A stretch of DNA of 63,957 nucleotides, filler included, from Octopus bimaculoides (Eukaryota): the NCBI RefSeq assembly GCF_001194135.2. It is 4 parts of 3 records of this genome, joined end to end, with 100 filler letters (N's around TTAATTAATTAA, not from the genome) between each part and the next. Parts side by side here need not be neighbours in the genome. Positions count along the whole stretch, not along the records: positions 28,518 to 41,073 come from NC_068991.1; 3 more parts are not named here. One strand, given 5' to 3'. The stretch's first letter is position 1; each line of letters opens with the position of its first letter. The notes under the pieces were generated by a model, which had not been told where the DNA came from, ran no database searches, and saw only the letters and a program-made list of their open reading frames with translations. A program made the position numbers and the translations under genes. Positions 28,518 through 40,776 of the stretch are shown in pieces.

Positions 28518-28876
28518 ATATATATATACATAATACATATATATATAGACATAATATTCTCTAAAGAGAAAAAAAAAAAAAAACTTCCACCAATATCTTA
28601 CACATACACACACACACACACATACAACACATGGTTGTGCCAATAAAAAAAAATATCCCATACAAACACCATTCTAATAATCAGCAGAGTCTTTACATAC
28701 TCTGACTTGGGGGAAAAAAACAAAACAAAAAAAGAACAGAACAGTCATGGCTAGAATACCTGCTTTATCAGGGCCACCTTAGGGACTAAATAACAACAAT
28801 ATGAAAGAAGGCAATAAAACAATAAAAGAGCTATGCAATTGCTAATTATGTATGGAAAACAACTGTCAAACTTTAC

Positions 28877-28921
28877 CTCTCGAGCTATGTCAAATACATC
28901 ATAACTTTCCGTGTTCCATTT
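28877..28921 (-). CDS. TMEM87A: TMEM87-like exon (45 nt, phase 0-0): KWNTESYDVFDIARE
   Basis: Acceptor tttctctcgcttttcag, donor GAG|gtaaag, and an open frame in phase with the upstream exon. Family similarity of this peptide was not recognised directly. Confidence 0.7.
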
Positions 28922-29016
28922 CTGAAAAGCGAGAGAAACATTAAATAAAAAGATAGTTGAATCCATCAAGGTATACATATATTGTATAAGCAATCAAGAA
29001 AATAAAGCGACTTCTA

Positions 29017-30231
29017 TTGGGTTGGCAACTAAGTTCCCGCCATTTTTTAAAATTTTGGAATTTATTGCGTTTTTAAATTTTGGAATCTATTTTGGTTTTT
29101 TTTCTAGTTAAATTTTCTTTATTTTCAGATCATTAAAATGGAATGTCAAATTAAGAAAAACGAGCATTTTCGACACCTCCTCCTTTTTGCTTTTAATCAA
29201 GGTTCTAAGGCCACAAAAGCTGCTTATGATATTTGTGCTGTGTATGGAGAGGGTGCCATAGCTGAAAGAACCACTCGTGATTCAAAAATGGAAATCTTGA
29301 CCCCAAAGACGCACCTCATTCTGGCCGTCCAGTTGAATTCAATGAAGAGCAATTTAACCAACTTTTGCACAAAAATTCTCGTCAAATGACAAGTGAACTG
29401 GCACAGAAAATGGAATGCTCCCACACTGCTATAGAGAAGTATCTTCCCTCAATGGGAAAAGTTCAGAAGTATGGAGCATGGGTTCCGCATGCTTTAAGTA
29501 ACAAAAACAAAAATCAACAAGCCACAATCTCCGCTGGTTTGCTTGCTCATCACCGCTCAACACAGGGACACAAGCAATGATTTCTTTACTGAATCGCTAT
29601 TGGCGACAAAAAATGGTGCCTGTACATCAATATGAAGCAGCGTAAGGAATGGCTTAGCTCCAGTAAACAAGCGATACCGCGCGTGAAACAAGATCTTCAT
29701 CTGCGTAAAACGATGTTGTGCATATGGTGGGACTGAGAAGGGATTATTCATTACGAATTGTTTGAATGGAACCAAATGGTCAACGCGAAACTCTATGTTT
29801 AACAGATGGAACGACTCAAGAGAAAACTTCAAGAGAAAAGACCTAATCGTCAACATGGAGTTCTTCTGCTGCACGACAACGCCTGCCCTTATATTGCCAA
29901 TATAATCAAGGAAGCCATTCAAATGCATGGCTGGAAAGTGCTGCCACTCCTGCTATACTCTCCTGATTTGGCATCAATGGATTTCAAATGCTATGCACAG
30001 AGTTTCATTCAATACTGATGCAGAATTGAGAGCTTGGTTGGATCAATTTTTCGAGTTGAAATCGGATGATTTCTACCAACGAGGTATTGAAAATCTTGTT
30101 GAACATTAGGAAGAAGTTGTAAACAACAAGAATGAATACAATATTGATTAATTAGTTGTTATTTTTTTTATTAAACCTTTAAAAAAATTTTAATTTAAAA
30201 AAAAACGGCAGGAACTTAGTTGCCAACCTAA
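29017..30231 (+). mobile_element. Full-length but dead mariner (mellifera-subfamily-like), about 1.2 kb
   Basis: TIR TTGGGTTGGCAACTAAGTTCC.GCC at both ends, with TA TSDs at 29015-16 and 30232-33. The transposase has EHFRHLLLF, WVPH, GDKKW, HDNA and YSPDLASMD (D,D34D spacing counted), plus stops and frameshifts. Confidence 0.97.
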
Positions 30232-31136
30232 TACATGGCTGTTCAGCCTAATACAAATAGCTGCCCATGCCCTACTGTCTTTAAAAACATGACACATTGG
30301 ATATTGTAGCTTTGAATACTTTACACCTCCACTCTCGCCCTCAAAACTGGACATGATGGTTAGGATTAGAATATTTTCAAACACAGGGATACTCAACCAA
30401 AGTTGACCTGGAATTAAGCAACAATAACATCAGGTGGAAATAGGGGTTTGACAAAAGTCAATACTCTGTCAACATGGATTTTAATTAAGCAAAATATAGC
30501 ATAAATGCTTAATTAGTCAAAGTTACTATTTTGGGGTTGCACTGGTTATATAATCATTGTTTAATGATGATGTATTCAAGCTGGTGATGAACCTGCAAGA
30601 AATAGTAGCCAAATCTCCCTCAAATTAAATTGTTCTGTTTTAAAAACAAAATCCTGCAAAATGACAGGATGGTCACAACTGGAATGCCTTTGATTATAAA
30701 CTTGCTTTATCCAGAGCCAAGCTGAGCCAAAACAACAATATAATAATCATTGATTTTACACATGTAACTTTCTATTAACTTTTGTTTCTTTAGCATGTGC
30801 TTGAAACTAATGGACCAAGACCAATATTTATGGGTAGAAGTATTAAAAGACAATAAACACTTCTAAAATCCTTTTTTTATACAAATTAATCAAAATGCAT
30901 AGACTGTCCACTCAGATAATAGGAGCCAATATAAAAAAAAACATTGAACTGACCACTCATGCTAGAAATAGCAGCTAAATATCTCTCACTTTTTATCAGA
31001 GTTGACTTATGGACAAGTAACAATAAGTGTGGTCATAAATATGTGATCAAAATCACGTTAACTGGAGAATGCAACTAAATTACTGATATTTGTAACAGAC
31101 TTGTGCTTTAAAGACTTAAATAAACAAAATTCTTAC

Positions 31137-31250
31137 AGGCAAAAACATGGGACTTTTGCACTCCAGGGGAAGTGTTTTATTCGAAGTCATCTCAATCTTA
31201 GAGAGGCCGGTACCAGTATGGACAGAGTAGTATATATATTCTGATTGACT
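31137..31250 (-). CDS. TMEM87A: TMEM87-like exon (114 nt, phase 0-0): SQSEYIYYSVHTGTGLSKIEMTSNKTLPLECKSPMFLP
   Basis: Acceptor cattttctctttttag, donor CCT|gtaaga, open in phase with both neighbouring exons. Confidence 0.85.
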
Positions 31251-32283
31251 CTAAAAAAGAGAAAATGTTAATTAATAATAAAAAATATTTTTTTATTACA
31301 CGTACAGACTGTCACACTGCATTCTTCCCTAAACAATTAAACACTACAACCACAGAAGTATTAAAAAATAACTATTGAATACCAAACTGGTCGAACAGTT
31401 TGTCAGATGAAACTAAAGTCCTAGTCACAATAAACACATACACATCCAATAGACCTAAGTATAATATTAAGTCACCTCACAATCCAATGCACTCTAACTT
31501 CAGTGTGCTATGCTACCCACCAGTACTCACTCTCATTTCAACCACCTCTATTCATTAACCCTTACATACTCTCGCCTTCATCTTATGACCCACCTCTACC
31601 TTTGTCCACCTATAATTGACAATCACTACCCTCTTCTTAACCACTTCTACATATCCCTGCCTTCTTCCCATTATACTCTTATTCCTTTCACATTCTCACT
31701 CATTCTGGTCCTTCTGATGCCATTATTCTGTTTCTACTTTCTCTCCAATTCCTTTTCTCAGTTACCTGTGCTAATGTAGGTTATCTTACTAAGTACTCTC
31801 TATGACTACATTTACTCTTCTATCCTCGCATCTCAAATACCCATTTCTGGCCTTTCCGTTGTCACTGTTCCCTTTCCAAATTTAAATTTACTACCGACTT
31901 GTGACCTTTAAAAAAGGGACACTGAAATTAATAGGGATGGAAATTAGGCCATAACTCATGGGTTATCTCTCAAGCCAGGTAGCTAGTCAGAATACTTGCA
32001 ACAAAGTGGAGTTAAGCATATAGCATTCAAACAAAATGCTTTTATTGAGTTCTCTCTTGTTTAACATGCGTACTTTTCTGCTATTATTATAACTGAAATG
32101 TAGGAGTGATACCTTGTTTGACAAGTGGCTGCAGTAAGGCTTTTGTAACCAATCGTGTGGTTGGTTGTCCAATGTTTTAACTCAACATTCCTGTTATATC
32201 TCTCATAACATGACAATAGCAGGTTTTTGTCAATTTGATTTAGCAAATGAAAAGAAGGAAAAAATGCATAGGAAATTACTCAC

Positions 32284-32387
32284 CAAATTATCTCCAATCA
32301 AAGCAAGTTCATTAGCACAGGGAAAATACTGCAAAGCCCACCTGATGCTCACACTGACAGACCCAGCGGTCTCTGGCTGGCAGGAAA
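32284..32387 (-). CDS. TMEM87A: TMEM87-like exon (104 nt, phase 1-0): (I)SCQPETAGSVSVSIRWALQYFPCANELALIGDNL
   Basis: Strong acceptor gttaccttcttccag and donor TTG|gtgagt. SIRWALQYFPCANEL aligns by eye to human TMEM87A NITWYLKSADCYNEI. Confidence 0.9.
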
Positions 32388-33120
32388 CTGGAAGAAGGTA
32401 ACAAATAAGACAAACAAATGTCAGTTTTACAAATAAAATAAATGGTTTAGCTGTACTGTTTGCTATACTCAAGTATTGTTATATGCTGTGCATTTTAAAG
32501 AGCATGATATATAACCACTGAGTTAGAATTCCATATGTTTCATTACGTCCCAAAAGCAGATGTCTGGGGAGAAAATGTGTGTTATTACACAGATAATTCC
32601 ATATCACTAGTTTGTTGGCTATAACAGGCATATAGTATGGATATTAAGTGCAAAAGAAGTGAATATAGAATTAAATTATTTAAAAAGTAATTTATAATTC
32701 AATATTATATATATTCCCCTATTTTGTACTTAATGTGTGTGTGTGCGCGCGCATGTGCACGTGCGTGTGTGTGAAGTAAGTAAACGGAATAGCCTTTTCT
32801 ATAGGTGAATTTAGCTAAGGATAATGGACCATTAGACATGCCAGATGTGGTAATATTTATATCTGTGAAAAATGTTTTTTATAACCTCACAAATGGTGGT
32901 GGTATGAAATAAGCACTCAGTTCCTGCTGTAAAGTGGTAGGTATCAGGAAGGGCAAGCAGCCACAGAAACAATGCCAAAGCAGATACTGGAGCACAATTA
33001 AGTACTTGCACCTAGATTCTGGCCAGCTAAGATTTCCACATGCAATGAGTATGTAAGTAGTAGTGGGTCAAAAAACACTGACACAACTCACCCCATTACC
33101 ATATGTGATATGATAACATA

Positions 33121-33950
33121 TATGAGGTCTGATCAATAAGTATCCAAACTGTTGCCATAGTAACAAAGCTATAGCACACAAAGTGAATCTGCTCGCCAAA
33201 GATTGACCTTAAACTCTGCTCTGCATGCACACTAAGTGTTAATGTTCTAGCTCACTTCTGTTTGGAAGGAATGTGAGTAGTGTGTGATTGTCACATAAAT
33301 AATGACAGAGAAAGTTGTCATGGCAATACCAGCTCAGAGGCCTATGCAAAGTTGCAGAGATTGTATGGAGAAGAGTGTATGAGCCGTGTACAAGTGGTTA
33401 AGATGTTTCCAGGATGGCTGAAAAATGTCGGTATTGACAAACGTTCTGGAAGACCCATAACCAGCAGAATTGAGAAAACATTGCAGATATGCATGTAGCT
33501 GTGAGTGGAAATCATCGAATCACCATCCGTGAGTTATCAGAGGATGTGCAGATTAGTTACGGTTCAGTTTCGTCCATTATCACTGAAGATTTGGGTATGA
33601 GAAGTGTGTCTGCCAAGTTTGTGCCAATACTGCTTTCAGCTGACCAAAAGGATGGGTTTCAGTTGCACATGATATTCATTGTGTCAAGAACGATGAAAAC
33701 TTTTCAAAAACTTTGCATAGGCCTCTGAACAGGTATTGCCAAGCTTTTGGCAAAATTTGATGCAGATTCTCTGGTCAACTTTCTCTATCATGGTCAATGT
33801 AATGGTCGCATGCTACACATGTTCCTTCGAAGCACTGCTGTAAACAACAGAAGTGAGCTAGAACATTAAAACTTAGTACGCATGCAGAGCAGAGTTCAAG
33901 ATCAATCTGTGTACTTTAGTTTCACTACTTATGGCAACAATCTGGATACT
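33121..33950 (+). mobile_element. Internally deleted mariner (irritans/Hsmar2-like)
   Basis: Left TIR TATGAGGTCTGATCAATAAGTATCC..TGTTGCCAT and a partial right TIR. It encodes RSGRP and RITIRELSEDVQISYGSVSSIITEDLGMRSVSAKFVP, with no catalytic domain. Confidence 0.85.
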
Positions 33951-36338
33951 ACATACAATGGCTGTATGGGTAATTTAAAGCTTGACTGAGGATGATACAT
34001 TAAGTTTGAAATTCAGCAACTGTGAATGATATATCCTTCCTCTTTCCAGAGTTGTTTGTTGGCGATGGTATTGTATTTTAGACCCAGGTCAGCTCATGAT
34101 CATCACATAAATTTATTCAGATATAGTCTGACTAGAACTACACATTCAGTATGTACTTTCTTTTTTTAAAATGGTAGGTGTAATCTGAGGCAGCATTGGA
34201 TGCTACTTTTAGCAGGTTGAATGAGGCTTTCTCACTGGCTTGATCTCTTCAGAATTGATCAGGTATGCAGCACAAATACATTAATGAGAAAACAAAATGG
34301 ATGAGTAGATAAAATGTTAACCATTTCACTCATGAATGTGGCTTCAAACCACATGTCATGTTCTGGGGATGGATGCTTTTCTCTATGTTCTACATTACCC
34401 CAATTCACCTACCTCTTGGGAACAGGTATGAAATATGGTAACGTTACTGTGATAGATTGACATGCAATCTATGGAAGGATTCATCTCCTATTCTCTTAGT
34501 GTATATTATGAAACCACAGTTAAACACAAACACTCAAAAGCTTCTCAAGTCTTAAGTAATATTTACATTCAACAACTCTGTTGAACATGCCATTTTCTCC
34601 TACTAAATGACCGCATATACAAATATGAGTTAACAAAAGTGCCTCTTCATGGTCATTTGACTTACTACAAAAAGCAGCCAAAATTTCCTTCAAATCACAC
34701 TGTTCTTTCTTCTTTGAGACCTCCATATGCCTTGTGAGACTATGGATCTACATCTGGAAAGTTCCTCTTGAAACCACAAACCTGAGCAAGGTCTTTTATG
34801 GAGGACAAACATCTGTTCATTCATGCAAATCTCCCTTCTCTACACTACTGATATTGTCCATAAGAAAAGCAATGGTGAGTACAGCTTGGCAGCATCTATG
34901 ACAACAATGTGGTCATAGATATCACCATCAGGATGCAACAAACTGGAATAGACACAACAAAGTATGCCATCTGACACTCAAACAGTCCAGTCATTGATAT
35001 TTTTTCAACAGTGAAAGAATGAAAGGTAAAGCCAACCTCAGCAGAATTTGAACTCAGAATGTAAAGATGAACGAAATTCCATTAAGCAGTTCTTCTGATG
35101 TGCTAATGATTCTGTGAGCTTGAACTACAGTGATGATGATGATGATAAATATGTGTGTACATGCGTGTTTGTATCAACGTTCAGTATCAATAAAAATCAT
35201 TTGCTAGATAAAATGATAATTCAAAAGAATAAACAAGTAAATTTGTAAATTACATGAGAATCCTCAATTAATCACAGAATATTTAGAAAGAGCTTATATG
35301 AAGAAAATCAATTTTGGATTAATTGATTGATTAATATCTTGATTTTATTTCCAGCTAGCTTTTTAATGCACCCTGCAATAAACATAACACAAACTTAACC
35401 ATCGTTTCTCACACAGATAGCATCCCTGCAGTATTTCTCTAATTTAATTTTCCTATGCTAAACAGTACACAATTTTGTATATTTCCTTAATGATTATTTC
35501 ATGACTACTTTGGTAAGAAAGTGAAATCCATACATTACTGATCAGGTCATAGAACTGAAATATGTTTGGACTTGACTCCTGTAAATGCCGAAATAGATAA
35601 ACATTACTCATTGGCTAATATTTTTTTTTCTTAACTGTATAATTATTTCTAGTTCACTATTTAATGCTCTTTGCATTAAATACATTAACGATAACTTAAC
35701 TTTAAGCCCCCAAAACTTTCATGCTTTAGTTTTCACAAAATATCTTTGTTTCGTGTTGCTACCAAGTTAGAATTTCTCATGTGTGTACACATAACTATGG
35801 CCCAATATCACACAATAAAGAGGCTTCACATGAGAGAATTTGTTCAGTCATTTGTTAAAGAATTTTATAAATCTGTAATAAATAATGGGATGGGTTAGTA
35901 AGTATATTGTTGTTATTGTTGTTTATCTCCATGTCAGTTCTGATAGATGGTCAAAAGCAATTTAAGACAGGACTATTCCATCTTTTATTCAGATATAGTA
36001 TATCCTGGGCTACATAAATTAATGTCTTTTTTGAAGGTGGGAGGCTTGAAATATGTGGGAGATTTGTCTGCTGTTATTTTATCATGGTCAAACAACCATG
36101 TAAAGCCCCTCTCAAAGGTTTGTGGAAAGTATACATTGACCTGGTATGACGGTATGAGTGTAGTAGGCTCCTATAAATAATGAATTGGTATTATAAATTC
36201 ATTTGTTGGGTTTGCATAGCGTGGGAACTGGTGCACCCCATAGTTGATGTCTTACAAATTTGGTGGAGTGGAGTTGGTGTGTGATGCACGAAGTATGTAC
36301 ATAAATTATTAGTTCATAGAGGAAAATAATTCACTTAC

Positions 36339-36399
36339 TTTTAACATAAATTTTAGTTTGGTTATATGTTGTCTTTACAAATGTGAATTTGGAATTACT
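36339..36399 (-). CDS. TMEM87A: TMEM87-like exon (61 nt, phase 0-1): SNSKFTFVKTTYNQTKIYVK
   Basis: Acceptor ttctcttttgcag, donor AAA|gtaagt. It aligns by eye to human SGKNYFSFGKILFRNTTIFLK. The single invertebrate gene is presumably co-orthologous to TMEM87A/B. Confidence 0.9.
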
Positions 36400-36774
36400 C
36401 TGCAAAAGAGAAAAAAGAAAACATTGAAATACTTGAACACTGAACAAAATACCACAGTGGAGATATTTAAACAACAGTCAATAATAAATAGATTTTCCTT
36501 GACAGCTTAGTAGTACAGAATGCCTTTTTAGATGTGAACTTAGCTATGATGTACCTTCACTGAGCAGCCAAATTACTTCCATAGCTATTTAATAACAAGC
36601 TCTCCATACAGCTGCAAACATGAATCCTTTTTCCAACAGCATGGACACAAGTAATCCTCACAACTATGTATCATGACAGTCATAGCTATGTGGCATTTAT
36701 GATGTATTCAGAAAGCAATCAATTAATGCTATAACCATAGAAACACTTGTACAAAAACAAATTTAAAACAATCT

Positions 36775-37050
36775 TTTACTATCAGTCTTTTTTGCCAAAC
36801 TGCTAACTTATGGGAACATAAACACAATAACACTAGTTGTCAAGCAGTGGTGGGGGACAAACACAAAGACAGATATACACATATATTACAGGCTTCTTTC
36901 AGTTTCCATCGACCAAATCCACTCACAAGGCTTTGGTTGGCCCAATGCTATAGTAGAAGACACTTGACCGAGGTGCCACACAGTGCAACTGAACCTAAAA
37001 CAATGTGGCTAAGAAGCAAGCTTCTTACCACAGTCATACCTGTGCCTGTA
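36775..37050 (-). mobile_element. SINE family B
   Basis: Reverse-strand head (CTTCTTACCACAG) and CCAAATCCACTCACAAGGCTTTGG body. Confidence 0.85.
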
Positions 37051-37281
37051 TACTCTGGAGATGTAGGGGATTGAACCCAAGGTCTTTTGTATACTAAACA
37101 TTTTCCAATGCTCAGATGATCAACTTCTGAAAGGATATATTGATAATGTGATCAACTTCAATACATTGATACTTGTTTCATTCACACTGTCACTAAGGAC
37201 AAAAGGCAAACATCAATTCTGGAAAGACTTGAAGTATGAACCAACAATGTATGCCTTCTCAGTTTTCACTACTGACTTAAT

Positions 37282-37505
37282 TTCAAATTTTAGTACAGGA
37301 CCAGCCAACAATTTTACTGGGAGGGAGTTAGTTGATTGCATCAACTTCAGTACTTGATTGGTACTTTATTTTATCAACCTAGAAAGAATGAAAGTCAAAA
37401 TTGACCTTGATGGTATTTGAACTTGGAATGTAAAGAAGTATCAGAAGAAATGCTGCTCAGAATTTTGTCTCACATGTTAATGATTCTGCCATATCACCAC
37501 CTCAC
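37282..37505 (-). mobile_element. SINE family A with TSD ACTGACTTAAT
   Basis: CpG-decayed copy. The TSD lies at 37271-37281 and 37511-37521. Confidence 0.8.
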
Positions 37506-37536
37506 CTTCCACTGACTTAATAATTCTTTCTATTAA

Positions 37537-37756
37537 CCCTTTCGTTACTGTATTTATTTTGAGATGCTCTGTGTTTCTTTCAATTACTTTATATATAACA
37601 AAGAATTTAGTAAAATAACTTAGTTATCATTCAGCTAGTGTTAGGAACATAAATTGTGACTAAGGTTTGGTGGAAGATTTTAATTCAGAACTTATGATAA
37701 CCAGACATTTGTACTCAGAGCCAGAGCCGGTTTCAGCCTGGTTGGTAACAAAAGGG
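37537..37756. mobile_element. piggyBac-type MITE (220 bp)
   Basis: TTAA|CCCTTTCGTTAC ... GTAACAAAAGGG|TTAA. Confidence 0.9.
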
Positions 37757-37760
37757 TTAA

Positions 37761-37967
37761 GCCAGCAAGCTGGCAGGAATGTTAGTATGCTGGGTGAAAT
37801 GCTTAGTGGTATCTTGTCTGTTTTTACGTTCTGAGTTCAAATTTCGCCGAGGTCGACTTTGCCTTTCATCCTTTCAGGGTCAATAAATTAAGTACCAGTT
37901 GCATACTGAGGTCGATCTAATCAACTGGCTCCCTCCCCCAAAATTTCGGGTCCTTAGATTAGAAAAG
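37761..37967 (+). mobile_element. SINE family A
   Basis: A-box TGGCAGGAATG, B-box GAGTTCAAATT and core GCCTTTCATCCTTTCAGGGTC. TSD AATAATTCTTTCTA at 37519-37532 and 37968-37981. Confidence 0.9.
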
Positions 37968-37972
37968 AATAA

Positions 37973-38104
37973 TTCTTTCTACTTATTGGCACAAGGTCTG
38001 AAATTTTAGGGGAGAGGTCTACTTGATTACATTGACCACAGTTCTCAACTGGTACGTATTTCATCAACTCCAAAAGGATGAAAGACAAGTCAATCTCAGT
38101 GGAA
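37973..38104 (-). mobile_element. 5'-truncated SINE family A, tail-to-tail with the previous copy
   Basis: Reverse-strand tail and core only. Confidence 0.8.
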
Positions 38105-38901
38105 TAACCACTGATTTAATAATGAAAACAGTAATTAGTATTATAAACTGAACTCAGCTTAAATTGTCATTGAGCACTAAGGCTGCCATAATCGAGAAAA
38201 CCCATAATCAAAGGCATTCTAACTGTAATGATATCCTAAAATTAAAATATTAGTCATTGGCTGACCAATTTTTCCTAACTATATAATTATTTGAGTTTAC
38301 TATATAATGCTCCCTACATAAAACATGTTATCATTAACTTTAAGTCCTAAGACTTAATTTGCACTTTTAGTTTTCACAAGAGATCTAGCAATGAAATAAT
38401 GATTTTACCAGGCTTTCAAATGAGAAGTTCTCATTTGCATACAGCTAACTAGGATCAATACTAAATAACAGAAAAGTTTTCATCCAGAATTTCTTTAAGA
38501 CATTTGTAAGGGACTTTTATAAAAATGTAGTAAATAATGGGTTATTGCTATGTGTAAGTAGGTTAATAAGTGTGCTGACATTTTATCTTTCTAGAACTAC
38601 ATTGCCTAGTGTGTCCAACCTTTGTTAGGATGGTAAGGCATGATCTGAGGGGATTTACAAGCTATTATTAGCAGGTTGAGTACTTCATAGAAGTTGGTCT
38701 TTGGCTTGTCAAAATTTTACTTGGTCTAAATAGTATAAAGTGAGGAGCAGAACATTCAGTGAGTTTCTCATTATTCCTTTTGGCAAATACAGTAAAATAA
38801 CTTTTTTGTTGAGGAGGTCTAATAAGACCAAAGCATGCCCCAAGTTATCAGATGTACTTGCCAAAATGACTGAAATGACTCCCCACATAATTATCTTTAA
38901 T

Positions 38902-39010
38902 TAGAATTTTTCATGTGCATTGTATTAAACTTAACTAGATATTTTGTGCCAACACTGGTAGTATAAAGTATCTAGTTAAGTTTAATGCAATGCACATAAA
39001 AAAAACTCTA
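38902..39010. repeat. Imperfect palindrome (about 40-bp arms, about 28-nt loop)
   Basis: ATGTGCATTGTATTAAACTTAACTAGATA ... TATCTAGTTAAGTTTAATGCAATGCACAT. Confidence 0.9.
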
Positions 39011-39194
39011 GTGGTATAAAACCATTGTTTCTAAGGAGTTTGTAATTTACTCAGTGTCTACTTGTTTTTTTTTTTTCTGACCTGTCTAAAATTTAACTTA
39101 ATCTCTTGACGATAACAAAACGTATATCCTAAAGAGGAAATTATTTTTGTTATGAGAAAAAAAGAAGTCTCAGTGTGTGTATGTGTGTGTGCAT

Positions 39195-39354
39195 GGTACA
39201 GGTATAGCTGTGTAATTAAGAAGTTTGCTTCTCAACACAGTTTCATATATTAGCTTCCATGGTGTGGCACCTTGGACAAGTGTTTTCTACTATAACCCCA
39301 GGCTGTACAAAGGCTTACAAGTGAATTTAGTAGACAAAAAGTGAAAAAGCCCTA
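39195..39354 (+). mobile_element. SINE family B head; its continuation resumes after the Helitron at 40777
   Basis: GGCACCTTGGACAAGTG..TACTATA core, ending AAAGCCCTA. The sequence resumes as TCATATATATA...GTGTG. Confidence 0.75.
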
Positions 39355-40776
39355 TCTACATATATAAAAATGAGAATGTGTGTCTGTCTGTCTGTCTGTC
39401 TGTCTGTGTGAATCCCTAAAACTCGAGAACTACGCAACCAATTTCATTCAAATTTTACACATGCCTTACTTAGGGTTCCAGTTGTGTTTTAGTAAAAAAA
39501 ATTATTAACTTCTTGCAGAGTTCGAGCACACGGCAACATAATATCTCCTCCACTATTTAAGTATTACGTGTCAAAAGTGAAACAAAAACACTCATGTCAA
39601 ATACTTTCACTTTAAAAATGAAACTATTCCACTAACTGAAACAATCACATTTCGATACTGTAGTGACAGATNNNNNNNNNNNNNNNNNNNNNNNNNNNNN
39701 NNNNNNNNNNNNNNNNNNNNNNNNNNNNNNNNNNNNNNNNNNNNNNNNNNNNNNNNNNNNNNNNNNNNNNNNNNNNNNNNNNNNNNNNNNNNNNNNNNNN
39801 NNNNNNNNNNNNNNNNNNNNNNNNNNNNNNNNNNNNNNNNNNNNNNNNNNNNNNNNNNNNNNNNNNNNNNNNNNNNNNNNNNNNNNNNNNNNNNNNNNNN
39901 NNNNNNNNNNNNNNNNNNNNNNNNNNNNNNNNNNNNNNNNNNNNNNNNNNNNNNNNNNNNNNNNNNNNNNNNNNNNNNNNNNNNNNNNNNNNNNNNNNNN
40001 NNNNNNNNNNNNNNNNNNNNNNNNNNNNNNNNNNNNNNNNNNNNNNNNNNNNNNNNNNNNNNNNNNNNNNNNNNNNNNNNNNNNNNNNNNNNNNNNNNNN
40101 NNNNNNNNNNNNNNNNNNNNNNNNNNNNNNNNNNNNNNNNNNNNNNNNNNNNNNNNNNNNNNNNNNNNNNNNNNNNNNNNNNNNNNNNNNNNNNNNNNNN
40201 NNNNNNNNNNNNNNNNNNNNNNNNNNNNNNNNNNNNNNNNNNNNNNNNNNNNNNNNNNNNNNNNNNNNNNNNNNNNNNNNNNNNNNNNNNNNNNNNNNNN
40301 NNNNNNNNNNNNNNNNNNNNNNNNNNNNNNNNNNNNNNNNNNNNNNNNNNNNNNNNNNNNNNNNNNNNNNNNNNNNNNNNNNNNNNNNNNNNNNNNNNNN
40401 NNNNNNNNNNNNNNNNNNNNNNNNNNNNNNNNNNNNNNNNNNNNNNNNNNNNNNNNNNNNNNNNNNCTGTATGTTGGCTGCTCAAGAGTGGGCAGCAACA
40501 AAAAACCTATTTGTATATGCTCCACAAGGGAAAACAAGGAACATAGTTTACAATGAGGTGTTATAATCACAACAGCAAGAAAGTATGTACATGATCACCT
40601 TCTTTTACGAAACTTCATTGACTTTCATATATTTATATTGATATACATATATATACGTGTGTTTGGGTGTGTGTGTGTATATACATCTCTATATATAAAG
40701 ATGATGCGTAGTCTAGACGGCGTTTTTAGATTTCATTATTCTCTTTAACCCGGGCAACGCCGGGTATTTCTGCTAG
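39355..40776 (+). mobile_element. Non-autonomous Helitron spanning a gap
   Basis: A|TCTACATATATAAAA 5' end with a (TCTG)n tract. The 3' hairpin CCCGG-GCAACG-CCGGG is followed by CTAG|T. Continuity across the N-gap is assumed. Confidence 0.8.

Noticed and set aside
32165-32401. + strand ORF GFCQFDLANEKK...ETGRR with an apparent AAG|gtaaca donor, plus similar + strand exon-like reads at 30795 and 31140
   Set aside because: These are antisense shadows or chance matches. The minus strand has much stronger splice sites, consistent phases and TMEM87 similarity.
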